64,000 nucleotides of DNA, from positions 100,770 through 164,769 of the IMG/VR virus record IMGVR_UViG_3300048672_000527; one strand, given 5' to 3'. The position numbers and the translations under genes were made by a program. Shown here piece after piece: positions 33,302 through 43,020 of the stretch; the first letter of the stretch is position 1, and each line of letters starts with the position of its first letter. This DNA is from a virus. Taxonomy: Duplodnaviria > Heunggongvirae > Uroviricota > Caudoviricetes. The notes below the pieces were generated by a model. That model saw only the letters and a list, made by a program, of their open reading frames with translations. It searched no databases and had not been told where the DNA came from.

Positions 33302-33451
33302 ATGGAAACGATTTTTGCTGTGGTATTTGAAACTGGCTATGTGACCAAAATCCTTTTCGAAGGTACTAAGTCCGAGTGCCAAGCTTTTATTAACGATAAT
33401 CCCGAAATGTGCTCCACCTATACATTTGTACAGGAACTTGAACTGGTATGA
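33302..33451 (+). CDS. small protein (49 aa), not in ORF track
   Basis: RBS AAGGGG, ATG 33302; ATGA overlap with next. Confidence 0.4.
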   Translation: METIFAVVFETGYVTKILFEGTKSECQAFINDNPEMCSTYTFVQELELV

Positions 33452-33546
33452 ACCACCCACTTGAATTGATTGACTATATCGCCATTTCTGGTGGTGTAAT
33501 TTTGTCTGTGTACTTGATTTATCGTTCTTTGAAGGAGATGAAGTGA
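33448..33546 (+). CDS. small membrane peptide (32 aa)
   Basis: hydrophobic; overlap packing. Confidence 0.3.
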   Translation: MNHPLELIDYIAISGGVILSVYLIYRSLKEMK

Positions 33547-34289
33547 TGGGGCACGGCACACATTGTAACCAAGGTGAATATCTTGGCGGTTGTAAGTATG
33601 GCGAGGCATCTAAATGCACAGAATTGAATAAGAAAGATGATATGAATATTCCTGAAAATACCCCGATTTCCGTATTCTTTTGGCCTAATTTACCAAACAA
33701 AAAGACTCTCGATGAGTTTACTTTTGGTGCAACCCCCGCCGCCAGATATTTGGTTCGCGAACTGAATAGCCGAGGTCAAGAATCACTGAACCGTTCTATC
33801 GGTAAGCGGATCACCACTACGGCTGCTATGGTACAGGATTTGCTGAAGTCTTATTACGAAGGTACTTTGTCAGCAAAAACAGTTGCTAACACTTTGCGCT
33901 TGATGCGTGAAGAAATTGTACGTGAAAACAACGACACCATTTCTGATGATACTCTATTAGATCATCTGCGTTCGAATGTGCAGATTGGTTATATCAAGCA
34001 AGGTATTCGACTATGTACTGTAGCACGTAAAGCAGAACGTGTGATGCAAAGTCCTCTAAAGCGTGCTAGCAATACACGTAAAGTCGGAAACAGTGTTCAG
34101 TTTAAATTTAAGGATTCAAATACAAATTCTGAATATGTAGCTGGTGCAATGTTCAACGTGAATGGTGAATATCACTTTGCACCAAAGATTTTTAGCACAG
34201 ATGAAATTGCAGATGTGACACCAGAGATTCTGGAAGCACGAAGCCAGAAGCGTTGTAAACGTCTGAATAAACCTCACACACGTGTATGA
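33546..34289 (+). CDS. hypothetical protein
   Basis: ORF; RBS GGAG. Confidence 0.55.
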   Translation: MGHGTHCNQGEYLGGCKYGEASKCTELNKKDDMNIPENTPISVFFWPNLPNKKTLDEFTFGATPAARYLVRELNSRGQESLNRSIGKRITTTAAMVQDLLKSYYEGTLSAKTVANTLRLMREEIVRENNDTISDDTLLDHLRSNVQIGYIKQGIRLCTVARKAERVMQSPLKRASNTRKVGNSVQFKFKDSNTNSEYVAGAMFNVNGEYHFAPKIFSTDEIADVTPEILEARSQKRCKRLNKPHTRV

Positions 34290-34453
34290 TACTTCGATTT
34301 ATTCTAGCTCTGGCATTTTTTAGTGTTTTTGTATATGGTTTTGCCGTATTTCTAAAAACACTAACACCTTCAACTGCGTTGATTATTCTAAAGATTATCA
34401 CATGTTTGTTTGTTGGTGGAATTATTCTTGGTGGTCTCGTTGTTCTTTTTTAA
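34286..34453 (+). CDS. small hydrophobic membrane protein (55 aa)
   Basis: ATGA overlap; two TM segments. Confidence 0.35.
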   Translation: MILRFILALAFFSVFVYGFAVFLKTLTPSTALIILKIITCLFVGGIILGGLVVLF

Positions 34454-34465
34454 TTAGGATTTAAT

Positions 34466-35266
34466 ATGCGTAAAATTGGTTTGATTGGTTTGGTTTTGGC
34501 TGCTGTACTTGCTACTGGCTGTACACGTATTTCAACCGGTGAGGTTGGTGTTCGGGTTGATATGAGCAAGCAGGTTCAGGGTAATGAGTTGATGCCAGGT
34601 TCTTGGAATCAGACTCTTGTTGGTGGTGTTATGACATTCCCAACCAAAGATATTACTGTTACATTGGATAATAAAACTCCAATGACTTCTGATAATACCT
34701 CGCTTGATGATTTTGATATCACACTTGTTTATGGTATTAACCCAACATCTGTAGCAGAGCTATATAGCACAAAGTCAAAGAGTTTTCATGCTTATGACGA
34801 AAAGGAAAAAGATACATATTTGATGTATAACTATATGATGACTCTGGTTAATAATGCGTCATATAAAGCAATCCGTGGCTATAAGGCACTTGAAATTGCA
34901 GATAATCGGGCAAAGATTGAAGCAGAGATTCGCGAAATTGTTGCCAATCAACTAAAGGAAGAAAAACTTGACACAGCAATTCAACTAACAGTTGTTCAAG
35001 TGCGGAACATTAAACCAAATGCTCAAATTCTGCAGGCAGCTACTGATTATGTCAAGGCTCAGAATGAGTTAAAGATCAAGGAAACTGAAGTTGCAATTGC
35101 TAAGAAGGAATCTGAACGTATGGCGGCTCTAGCAGCAAACAGTACACAATCCATTGCGTATATGAATGCTCAAGCAAATCTGAAGGTAGCCGAAGGTATT
35201 GCAGCTGGTAAGGTGAATACAATTGTTGTCCCGATGGACTTCCGTGGTCAAGTAGTGGTCAAGTGA
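34466..35266 (+). CDS. SPFH/Band-7 (prohibitin/HflK-like) lipoprotein
   Basis: lipobox LATGC; GEVGVRV SPFH N-terminal motif; coiled-coil tail. Confidence 0.7.
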   Translation: MRKIGLIGLVLAAVLATGCTRISTGEVGVRVDMSKQVQGNELMPGSWNQTLVGGVMTFPTKDITVTLDNKTPMTSDNTSLDDFDITLVYGINPTSVAELYSTKSKSFHAYDEKEKDTYLMYNYMMTLVNNASYKAIRGYKALEIADNRAKIEAEIREIVANQLKEEKLDTAIQLTVVQVRNIKPNAQILQAATDYVKAQNELKIKETEVAIAKKESERMAALAANSTQSIAYMNAQANLKVAEGIAAGKVNTIVVPMDFRGQVVVK

Positions 35267-35372
35267 TTATTTCACAATGTTCGATTATAAGGATATAATC
35301 AAAGCACATGAATGTGATTATCACATCGGTGACAATGATTTTACAATTGAATATTGGTTTAAAGGAGAAAAT

Positions 35373-35729
35373 ATGAGAACAGTAACGATTGCAGTGAGCG
35401 ATTTGCTTCGTAAGTTGAAAGAGAACCGCGAACAACATATCAAGGATTACACTGAAGCACTTGATGGTTGGAAAATCTTGGTGGCCAAGGAGTTGAAGGA
35501 AAAACAAAAGACTCTTCAAAAGACTGGCGATGTAACATTTCAGTTTAAGAGTAACAAACCAAATTCATATGAATCTGAATTTGATGATATCATTGCGATG
35601 ATGGAGTGGACAACCGATAAGGAAGTCGAACTGGAACAGTCCGATTTTAAGCGTTATGTACAAAATCAATGGTCTTGGATGAATTCATTTACAGCAACAA
35701 CAATGGCATATAAGGGTATTAAGGGATGA
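35373..35729 (+). CDS. hypothetical protein
   Basis: ORF 35277 trimmed to ATG after AAGGAG. Confidence 0.5.
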   Translation: MRTVTIAVSDLLRKLKENREQHIKDYTEALDGWKILVAKELKEKQKTLQKTGDVTFQFKSNKPNSYESEFDDIIAMMEWTTDKEVELEQSDFKRYVQNQWSWMNSFTATTMAYKGIKG

Positions 35730-36124
35730 TTGAACAAATTAAACTGTGGATTTCTAAGGCTGTTCCAGCTCCCACTGAAAAGAATATGAGTGTACAAATT
35801 GGTGTACACTTTGAGGAAGTTGCCGAAATGATGGAAGCACTTGGACTCGATGCAACACAAATGCATGAACTTGCGATGGCGTTTAAAGAAAATCGGATGA
35901 CATATGCAGTTAATCGTCAAGAACTTTTGGATTCTTTGGCTGACCAAGTAGTAACTGCTACCGGTGTTGCGCATATGTTCAATATGGATATTGTAGGTGC
36001 ATGTGGTGAGGTTAATGCAAGTAACTGGTCTAAGTTTGTTGATGGCCAACCTATTTTTGATGCAAATGGTAAAATTGCCAAGGGGCCGTCTTACTTTAAG
36101 CCTGATCTAACTAAATTTGTATGA
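35726..36124 (+). CDS. MazG-like nucleotide pyrophosphohydrolase
   Basis: HFEEVAEMMEALG EExxE-type motif. Confidence 0.6.
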   Translation: MIEQIKLWISKAVPAPTEKNMSVQIGVHFEEVAEMMEALGLDATQMHELAMAFKENRMTYAVNRQELLDSLADQVVTATGVAHMFNMDIVGACGEVNASNWSKFVDGQPIFDANGKIAKGPSYFKPDLTKFV

Positions 36125-36420
36125 GTGATGAATTATCTCCCGGCGACCTGGCGCGAATTATCGAATCCACTGACGGAGCGTCTATTGGCGCTATTGTCCA
36201 GTGTAGAAACGTGGTTGGCACCCATTCCCTATTCGGGATCGTCTGGAGAGTTACTTCACGACAAAAACTTGCAACGGAACATGGTGGAGTTGGATACGAA
36301 GCCGATGTTCCAGCAAAATGGTTAAAGAAAATCAAGCCTGGTGAACTTGATTTGGAAAATGAAATAACACACCTAAGGAAATCAGATAAAATAGTAGTAG
36401 ATTTACTAAAGAATATATGA
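36121..36420 (+). CDS. hypothetical protein
   Basis: ORF. Confidence 0.5.
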   Translation: MSDELSPGDLARIIESTDGASIGAIVQCRNVVGTHSLFGIVWRVTSRQKLATEHGGVGYEADVPAKWLKKIKPGELDLENEITHLRKSDKIVVDLLKNI

Positions 36421-36614
36421 GTAAGAAGTACAGTGAAGCGGGTAAAGGCAGTGGACCAAGAAAGTCCCGCAATGATGATGCGTATCGCGATAATTATGAT
36501 AAAATATTTGGCTCTCGTAAAGCGCGCCATGATAGGTTAGAATTGGAAGAAACTGTACGTCTCTCTGAAGCATTGGACTTATATGAAGACGATTTTGAAG
36601 ACGATGACAAGTAA
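36417..36614 (+). CDS. hypothetical small charged protein
   Basis: ORF. Confidence 0.45.
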   Translation: MSKKYSEAGKGSGPRKSRNDDAYRDNYDKIFGSRKARHDRLELEETVRLSEALDLYEDDFEDDDK

Positions 36615-36723
36615 AATTGTTGCAGTAATTACCTTGCCGCTGCTGGCCACTATTACATTGGTTCGTGTTATTGGTGGTGACTGTCCTTTTTATGAAAAAG
36701 AACCAGAGGAAGTAGACCTATGA
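36604..36723 (+). CDS. small membrane peptide (39 aa)
   Basis: fills gap; hydrophobic. Confidence 0.3.
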   Translation: MTSKIVAVITLPLLATITLVRVIGGDCPFYEKEPEEVDL

Positions 36724-36956
36724 CAGTCCGCCGTGTGTTGGTTGCAAAAAATATTGGTGAAGCCCGTTTGAAGAAAATTATGCGATACACCCGAAAAATG
36801 TCTAAGTATGGTGTATTTGTTGAAGTAGAAGACACGGGTACTCAAAAAGTTCAAGGTTCTCGTAAAGGTCAAATTGAAAATACATTTAATGTAGAAATGT
36901 TTGCACCAAAACTTCATACTGATATTCTTGGTAATACAGCTATCCGTTCACTGTGA
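36720..36956 (+). CDS. hypothetical protein
   Basis: ORF. Confidence 0.45.
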   Translation: MTVRRVLVAKNIGEARLKKIMRYTRKMSKYGVFVEVEDTGTQKVQGSRKGQIENTFNVEMFAPKLHTDILGNTAIRSL

Positions 36957-37168
36957 GTTATCCAACCATAATCTATTTCTTTGTTCCACATGACCGTGAT
37001 TATAGTGTGTGGACTGATGGGTGTGAAATAGAAATTGGTATCCCGGCCATGGTTAAGAAGGCTCTAGATGAAAACGAAATCCCAGAGCATTGGTTCTCTG
37101 TTAAAGTATACGGGAAAATGTATACTAGAACGGATTTGAACCGTATTGTACAGGAAAATGTACACTGA
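36953..37168 (+). CDS. hypothetical protein
   Basis: ORF; TGA overlaps promoter. Confidence 0.45.
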   Translation: MSYPTIIYFFVPHDRDYSVWTDGCEIEIGIPAMVKKALDENEIPEHWFSVKVYGKMYTRTDLNRIVQENVH

Positions 37169-37197
37169 TTTACTTTTATTCATTGTTATGATATAAT
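37169..37197 (+). promoter_or_regulatory. early promoter
   Basis: TTTACTTTTATTCATTGTTATGATATAAT. Confidence 0.7.
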
Positions 37198-37225
37198 AAA
37201 CCCATAGCAACGAAGGAGTAATAAA

Positions 37226-37579
37226 ATGCCTTGTTATGATGGTGGATATAACACATCAAGTCTTAGTAGTGAAATCGATGACTTGAAGGACACAATTGAC
37301 AAACGCAACGCAATGTTGTGCGCAATTTTCAGTGCTGCTAGTAAAATCCCCGGTGGTGTTGATGGTATGCTGGATCAATTGGATTATAAAGAATGTGGTA
37401 TCACTCGTAACTATATGTGTATGTGGTGGAACGAACATCAAGAAGCTGATCGTATCCGTAAGGAACGTGAACTTGCAGAAAGTGTCCGCCGCGCAGAAGA
37501 AAAGGTCCGTAAGGAAGCCCGTAAGGCTCTGGTTGCACAACTGACCCCAGAACAACGTACCCTGCTTGGAGTAAAGTAA
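37226..37579 (+). CDS. hypothetical protein
   Basis: RBS AAGGAG. Confidence 0.5.
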   Translation: MPCYDGGYNTSSLSSEIDDLKDTIDKRNAMLCAIFSAASKIPGGVDGMLDQLDYKECGITRNYMCMWWNEHQEADRIRKERELAESVRRAEEKVRKEARKALVAQLTPEQRTLLGVK

Positions 37580-37840
37580 ATGAGCACCCCGTCTATTATT
37601 GTTTATCGTAATCCCCTTGAGCAAATGTTCTGGGAGAGTGAATACATACCAATGATTCTTGGTGTGATGATTCTCTTCATGGTCATTCTGGTTGCTAGCG
37701 TTCATGTTTGGGATTGGATTTTGGTCAAAATTTTGGTCAAAACAAACCGAAAATTTATGTTACGTGAGACTTGGATGTCATATGTTCCAATTTGGTTTTC
37801 TGTATTGGCAACTTATCTTCTGATTCGGTTTGTATTTTAA
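37580..37840 (+). CDS. membrane protein
   Basis: two TM helices. Confidence 0.45.
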   Translation: MSTPSIIVYRNPLEQMFWESEYIPMILGVMILFMVILVASVHVWDWILVKILVKTNRKFMLRETWMSYVPIWFSVLATYLLIRFVF

Positions 37841-37869
37841 TTTACATTTATTCCTTTTTGTGTTATACT
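37841..37869 (+). promoter_or_regulatory. early promoter (TTTACA / TATACT)
   Basis: TTTACATTTATTCCTTTTTGTGTTATACT. Confidence 0.6.
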
Positions 37870-37897
37870 GAAAGTGTAGGAAATAAGGAGTAGCAAA

Positions 37898-38089
37898 ATG
37901 GCCGAAGTTAAAATTGGTGGTCTCTATAAAGTAGTCGTCACTGAATATGAAGCCAATTGGGGCCAACGTGTTGATCCCAATGATACAAAGTATTTCACTA
38001 CAATAGAGGAAGCAGAGGCTTATAAGGCTCACTGGGAAGAAGGTGGTTCTTATGAATGCTTCTGGAGAGCTCGAATCACGAAGCTATAA
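37898..38089 (+). CDS. hypothetical small protein
   Basis: RBS AAGGAG. Confidence 0.45.
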   Translation: MAEVKIGGLYKVVVTEYEANWGQRVDPNDTKYFTTIEEAEAYKAHWEEGGSYECFWRARITKL

Positions 38090-38144
38090 ATAACAATAGG
38101 AAAGCGATAGACGCAATCCGATCAACTATACAAAGGATTTTTGT

Positions 38145-38465
38145 ATGTCAACTGTAAAATCAATTGAGCAAGAAATTGCCAAAACTAAAAAGACTCTTGA
38201 AAATTTAGAGGAACAACTTCTAAATGCAAAGTCAGAAACCCCCGATCAACAACTCGCCAAGGTATTACATAGTAAACTATGTCGTTGGAATCACACAGAC
38301 GGGTGCGGTTGGTACTATGAAATGAATAATGGTATTGATGACTGGACGCGTTCTGAGCATGGGAACTACCTTACTAAGGCACGCAAGATGATTGGAATGT
38401 GTGAAAAACGGCATATTTCGGTCGATGACGCAATTGAAATTTTTGATATGGTGAACAAGGTATGA
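38145..38465 (+). CDS. hypothetical protein
   Basis: ORF. Confidence 0.5.
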   Translation: MSTVKSIEQEIAKTKKTLENLEEQLLNAKSETPDQQLAKVLHSKLCRWNHTDGCGWYYEMNNGIDDWTRSEHGNYLTKARKMIGMCEKRHISVDDAIEIFDMVNKV

Positions 38466-39496
38466 AAAAGTACACTAATATCGTGCTGATTGGCCGCTTT
38501 CAACCAATTCACAATGCACACGTTGCTATCATCGAGAAAGCAATGTCCCTGGCGCACAATCTGATTATCATTGTCGGTTCTGCAAACAAACCACGCAAAT
38601 ATAAAGACCCGTTCACCGTTCTTGAACGGAAACATCTGATTCAGCAAGCGATCAACGAAGCTGATCTACGTGCCCGTTACAATTGTTCGGTTGAACTTTC
38701 ATCTGTAGAAGATACATTCTACAATGATGACGCATGGGCAACCCGCGTGCAGGCTATTGTGGATGCGAACAAGGTTTTTCCTGGTAACACTGCTATCATT
38801 GGACACAAAAAAGATGAAAGTTCATTCTATTTGGATATGTTCCCCCAATGGGAATTTGTGGAGTTTCCATTCTCTAATGTTTTGCATGCCACTGATATTC
38901 GTGATCTGTATTTCCGTGATCCGACGAATTTTGACTTCCTCGAAAATGTAGTCCCCCCAATAACTATGTTGTTCATGCGGCAGTTTGCAACAAGTCCAGC
39001 ATTTAAGCAAATTATCGAAGAACGAAAGTTCATTGCAGAATACCGCAAACAGTTTGACGGTCTGAAGTATGCTCCAGTCTTTGTCACAGCTGATGCTGTG
39101 GTTACTTGTGCGGGTCATATTCTCCTAGTTGAACGTGGAGCTCTTCCAGGCAAAGGTCTGTGGGCTCTCCCTGGTGGATTCTTGAATGCAAATACTGATC
39201 GTAGTATGCGAGATTGTATGATCCGCGAACTACGTGAGGAAACTAAACTCAAAGTTCCTGCACCAGTTCTTCTTGGTAACATTGTAAACGAAAAAGTATT
39301 TGATGCTATCACACGAAGTGACCGCGGTCGGATTGTAACACACGCATTTCACATTGCTCTTCCGCCTGGTCCACTACCAAAGGTCAAAGGTAGCGATGAT
39401 GCTCGTCATGCAGAGTGGGTACCAATTGCAAGTCTGAAATCTGAAGACTTCTTTGATGATCACATTGAAATTATACGTTATTTCACAGGAACTTGA
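38462..39496 (+). CDS. natV: bifunctional NMN adenylyltransferase / Nudix hydrolase (NatV-like)
   Basis: GRFQPIHNAH NMNAT motif plus Nudix box RELREETKL. Confidence 0.9.
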   Translation: MKKYTNIVLIGRFQPIHNAHVAIIEKAMSLAHNLIIIVGSANKPRKYKDPFTVLERKHLIQQAINEADLRARYNCSVELSSVEDTFYNDDAWATRVQAIVDANKVFPGNTAIIGHKKDESSFYLDMFPQWEFVEFPFSNVLHATDIRDLYFRDPTNFDFLENVVPPITMLFMRQFATSPAFKQIIEERKFIAEYRKQFDGLKYAPVFVTADAVVTCAGHILLVERGALPGKGLWALPGGFLNANTDRSMRDCMIRELREETKLKVPAPVLLGNIVNEKVFDAITRSDRGRIVTHAFHIALPPGPLPKVKGSDDARHAEWVPIASLKSEDFFDDHIEIIRYFTGT

Positions 39497-39500
39497 TATT

Positions 39501-39737
39501 ATGCTAAAATTGGATTTGGAAATCAAAACATTCACTATTGAAGGCTCTGAGATTGAGCGGTTTGTGAAACAACAAATTGAATCTCAAACCGGTCGTAAGG
39601 TAAAATCACTGACATTTAATATCGGAAACAAGAGTTCTGGTTATGGTCGTGATGAATACGATATTGCCTATATGAGTGGATGTACGGTAGAATTTCACCC
39701 AACCGGTTTTAACGACTCCGGTATCTATAGTCGTTAA
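39501..39737 (+). CDS. hypothetical protein
   Basis: ORF 39453 trimmed to first ATG after natV stop. Confidence 0.4.
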   Translation: MLKLDLEIKTFTIEGSEIERFVKQQIESQTGRKVKSLTFNIGNKSSGYGRDEYDIAYMSGCTVEFHPTGFNDSGIYSR

Positions 39738-39784
39738 TTAAGTCCTAGCGATAGAGCAAGGCAATCTTTTAAAGGAACTTTAAA

Positions 39785-41194
39785 ATGAACAATTCAATTC
39801 TACTTAACACCGACAGCTATAAGGCTAGCATGTTTTCTCAGTACCCAGAAGGAACCGAGTATGTCTACTCATACATTGAGTCCCGAGGAGGCAAGTACGA
39901 TCGTACAGAGTTTCTCGGCGTTCAAGCAATTGCCAAAGAGCTATCAGTCCCAATTACTCAAGCGGATATTGACTTGGCAGAAAAAATCTGGGCCGCTCAC
40001 GGAGAACCTTTTAACCGTGCTGGTTGGCAGTACATCCTTGAAGCACATGGTGGATACCTCCCTGTTAGAATCCGTGCAGCTCGAGAAGGACTTATCATCC
40101 CCACAAAGAATGTATTGTGTACCATCGAGAACACCGATCCAAAATGCTATTGGCTTACAACTTGGATTGAAACCGCACTCCTTCGAGCTATCTGGTATCC
40201 AACCACAGTCGGTACAACCAGCTGGCACATTAAGCAAGAGATTCTAGCTTACTTGGAGAAATCTGGTGATCCTACTACTATCGGTTTTAAACTGCACGAC
40301 TTTGGTGCTCGTGGTGTAAGTTCTCTGGAAAGCGCGGCAGTAGGTGGAGCAGCACACCTAGTCAATTTCATGGGTACAGATACTATGTCTGGCATCCTGC
40401 ATGTTATGGATGTTTATGGTGGTGATGTTTGTGGATTCTCTATTCCAGCAGCCGAACACAGTACCATTACCAGCTGGGGTCGTGAAAACGAAGTAGCAGC
40501 TTACCGTAATATGTTGAAGCAATTTGCAAAGCCTGGTGCTATCGTTGCTGTGGTTAGTGATTCTTATGACATTTATGCTGCTTGTGAAAAGTGGGGAACG
40601 GAGCTAAAAGATGATGTTGTCAATTCTGGCGCAACTGTTGTTATTCGTCCTGATAGTGGTGATCCTGTTGTGGTTCTTCCTAAAATGCTATCCATTCTGG
40701 CTAAACACTTTGGATTTTCTGTTAACGAAAAGGGATACAAAGTCCTTAATAATGTTCGCATTATCTGGGGCGACGGTATTAACTCTGTGTCTCTTAGCAG
40801 TATCTTGCGCTGTGTTGTGGATGTTTGCGGCTACTCAGCAGATAATCTAGCATTCGGTATGGGTGGTGGTCTGTTGCAACAATGTGACCGTGATACTCTG
40901 AAGTTTGCTATGAAGTGTAGTGCAGTTGGTGTCCGCGTTGAAATCGATGGTCTAGAAGGACTCGAATGGCGTGATGTGTTCAAGGACCCAGCAACCGATC
41001 CGGGCAAGACTTCTAAGAAGGGTCGTGTGCAACTTTGGACTAGCGGTGGTGAATATCAAACTTCAGTAAACCGCCCCGCAAACTGGTCTGATAAGGGATT
41101 TGATTGGAAGGATGCAATGGTGACTTACTTTGAAAACGGTAAGGTAACATTCACTCAAACTTTTGATGAAGTTCGTGCGAACTCTAACAAATGA
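39785..41194 (+). CDS. nadV: nicotinamide phosphoribosyltransferase (NadV/NAMPT)
   Basis: 469 aa; DSYKASMF N-term and overall NAMPT architecture. Confidence 0.9.
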   Translation: MNNSILLNTDSYKASMFSQYPEGTEYVYSYIESRGGKYDRTEFLGVQAIAKELSVPITQADIDLAEKIWAAHGEPFNRAGWQYILEAHGGYLPVRIRAAREGLIIPTKNVLCTIENTDPKCYWLTTWIETALLRAIWYPTTVGTTSWHIKQEILAYLEKSGDPTTIGFKLHDFGARGVSSLESAAVGGAAHLVNFMGTDTMSGILHVMDVYGGDVCGFSIPAAEHSTITSWGRENEVAAYRNMLKQFAKPGAIVAVVSDSYDIYAACEKWGTELKDDVVNSGATVVIRPDSGDPVVVLPKMLSILAKHFGFSVNEKGYKVLNNVRIIWGDGINSVSLSSILRCVVDVCGYSADNLAFGMGGGLLQQCDRDTLKFAMKCSAVGVRVEIDGLEGLEWRDVFKDPATDPGKTSKKGRVQLWTSGGEYQTSVNRPANWSDKGFDWKDAMVTYFENGKVTFTQTFDEVRANSNK

Positions 41195-41502
41195 AAATGC
41201 GCTTAATGCTTGGTACCACCGATGGACCAAAACTTTTAGTATCGGTTGATAAAGATCTTTCTTATAATAGATTTGATTTTCACGTAATTAACTGTTATTG
41301 GGACGGTCATTTTAATGATGGAACAATAACAGTTAATGCTACTGGTGATTCTTTTGGTGGTGTTAAAGTATTAAGCGATGATCAAGATAGACTACGCGGG
41401 GATTATAATGATGTTTTTAATAATTTCTGGAATCCCGCGTATATAGCACCCAAAGAAGATTTTTCAATTCCCGAAGAATGGGACGATGATATTCCTTTTT
41501 AA
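41191..41502 (+). CDS. hypothetical protein
   Basis: ORF. Confidence 0.5.
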   Translation: MKMRLMLGTTDGPKLLVSVDKDLSYNRFDFHVINCYWDGHFNDGTITVNATGDSFGGVKVLSDDQDRLRGDYNDVFNNFWNPAYIAPKEDFSIPEEWDDDIPF

Positions 41503-41504
41503 TT

Positions 41505-41753
41505 ATGTATTTGATTGTTTATAAACGCACAATTAATCACGAAGGTGATGAAACTAGCCGTAACTGGCCAGGTCATGGATATCCAGCTTACACAGAAGAA
41601 GTTGATGTTGTTATGGAAATAATGACTGAAGCAGAATTTGTGAATCAGTGTAAACTTTTTGCCGAGCGCGATGTTCATTTTAGAGCATATGAAGTAACAA
41701 AACTAAATGTTACGTTTTCTAAAACCATTGATGTGCAATGGAAGAGATTATGA
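41505..41753 (+). CDS. hypothetical protein
   Basis: ORF. Confidence 0.5.
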   Translation: MYLIVYKRTINHEGDETSRNWPGHGYPAYTEEVDVVMEIMTEAEFVNQCKLFAERDVHFRAYEVTKLNVTFSKTIDVQWKRL

Positions 41754-42040
41754 TTCAGTTTCCTTCTGGTAATCTTGTACTCACAAAATATCCCGGTTAT
41801 TACTGGGATGTCGTTGAGAAAGAATTGTATACAATTAAGGGTAGCGGAACTCTAAAGAAGATGAAGAGAGTTAAAGCTGGTTCTTTCGGTCGCTATACAT
41901 GGAAAGCCGGATATAGAATCTCACATGAAGGCATTCCACGGAAATATACACTCGAACAGCTTAATAAATTAAAAGCAGATACATTTACAACAACTATACC
42001 TTATGCAGATGGCAGAAAACTAGAATGGCCCAATAAATGA
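41738..42040 (+). CDS. hypothetical protein
   Basis: ORF. Confidence 0.5.
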   Translation: MEEIMIQFPSGNLVLTKYPGYYWDVVEKELYTIKGSGTLKKMKRVKAGSFGRYTWKAGYRISHEGIPRKYTLEQLNKLKADTFTTTIPYADGRKLEWPNK

Positions 42041-42369
42041 AACTCTACATTGCAGTTCTCGATGAAGTACCAGATTTCATGGTTCCTACTTTAGTGGCTC
42101 ATGCAGTCCTTGGTGCTCACTTACAGTTTTACAACCGTCATGGAGAAGGTTTAACACCAGACTATAATATTTGGTTGTTGAATAGTTTTAAGAAGGTTGT
42201 TGTGAAAGTAAATCGAAAAGAATTTACTAAAATAGTAGAACTGCCAAATGTATTCTTGGCACATGAAAATTCAACACTTGGTGGAGAAAAATCATGTGCT
42301 GTGGTCTGCCCGAGAACCGAATATCCAAACGTTATTAAATTTGCAAAGATGTGGAAACCAAATGTTTGA
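42037..42369 (+). CDS. hypothetical protein, possible second PTH2-like hydrolase
   Basis: YIAVLDEVPDFMVPTLVAHAV .. GGEKSCAVVCP shares pattern with ORF 22349 and PTH2. Confidence 0.45.
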   Translation: MKLYIAVLDEVPDFMVPTLVAHAVLGAHLQFYNRHGEGLTPDYNIWLLNSFKKVVVKVNRKEFTKIVELPNVFLAHENSTLGGEKSCAVVCPRTEYPNVIKFAKMWKPNV

Positions 42370-42844
42370 AATTAAAGCACCGCTAAGATACCAAAGAACG
42401 TATTTGCTTGGTAAAAATATTTTTCTCGCTGGTTCCATTGAAATGGGTAAAGCCGAGAACTGGCAAGAAAGAATTGCAAGAGAACTTAAAGACTGTCAGG
42501 TGAATATTTTTAACCCACGAAGAGACGACTGGGATAGTTCTTGGACACAAAGTATTAACGACAAGAACTTCAACGAGCAGGTCACGTGGGAAATGGATCA
42601 CCTACTTGATTACTGTGATATTGTTGTGTTCTATTTCGACCCAAAAACACAAGCGCCTATTACACTATTGGAGCTTGGTTTAATTGCAGGTAATTCTGAA
42701 TATAGGAATAAACAAATTTGTGTTTGTTGTCCTGACGGATTTTGGAGAAAAGGTAATGTCGAAATGGTTTGTGACCGCTTTAATCTTCAACTAGTTAATG
42801 ATATTGATACTATGATTTCTTGGCTTAAGGATAGAGTTATATGA
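42362..42844 (+). CDS. nucleoside 2-deoxyribosyltransferase-fold protein (Rcl/NDT-like)
   Basis: FLAGSIE..W .. NIFNP .. CDIVVFYFD .. ITLLELGLIAG motif pattern. Confidence 0.6.
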   Translation: MFEIKAPLRYQRTYLLGKNIFLAGSIEMGKAENWQERIARELKDCQVNIFNPRRDDWDSSWTQSINDKNFNEQVTWEMDHLLDYCDIVVFYFDPKTQAPITLLELGLIAGNSEYRNKQICVCCPDGFWRKGNVEMVCDRFNLQLVNDIDTMISWLKDRVI

Positions 42845-43020
42845 CATATGATCTAAAAGAAAGAGCTGAAGACATTTTATTGAGTTTTGCTACAATGACA
42901 GCTCTAGTTAGAATCAAATACGGCAATCTTGAACCAGATATTTCTCGGGAAATAGTCAAAGCAGATCAGTTATGTGATGAATTAGCTCAATATATTAAAA
43001 CTGTGAAGGGTGAAATATGA
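42841..43020 (+). CDS. small protein (59 aa), not in ORF track
   Basis: ATGA overlaps on both sides. Confidence 0.35.
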   Translation: MTYDLKERAEDILLSFATMTALVRIKYGNLEPDISREIVKADQLCDELAQYIKTVKGEI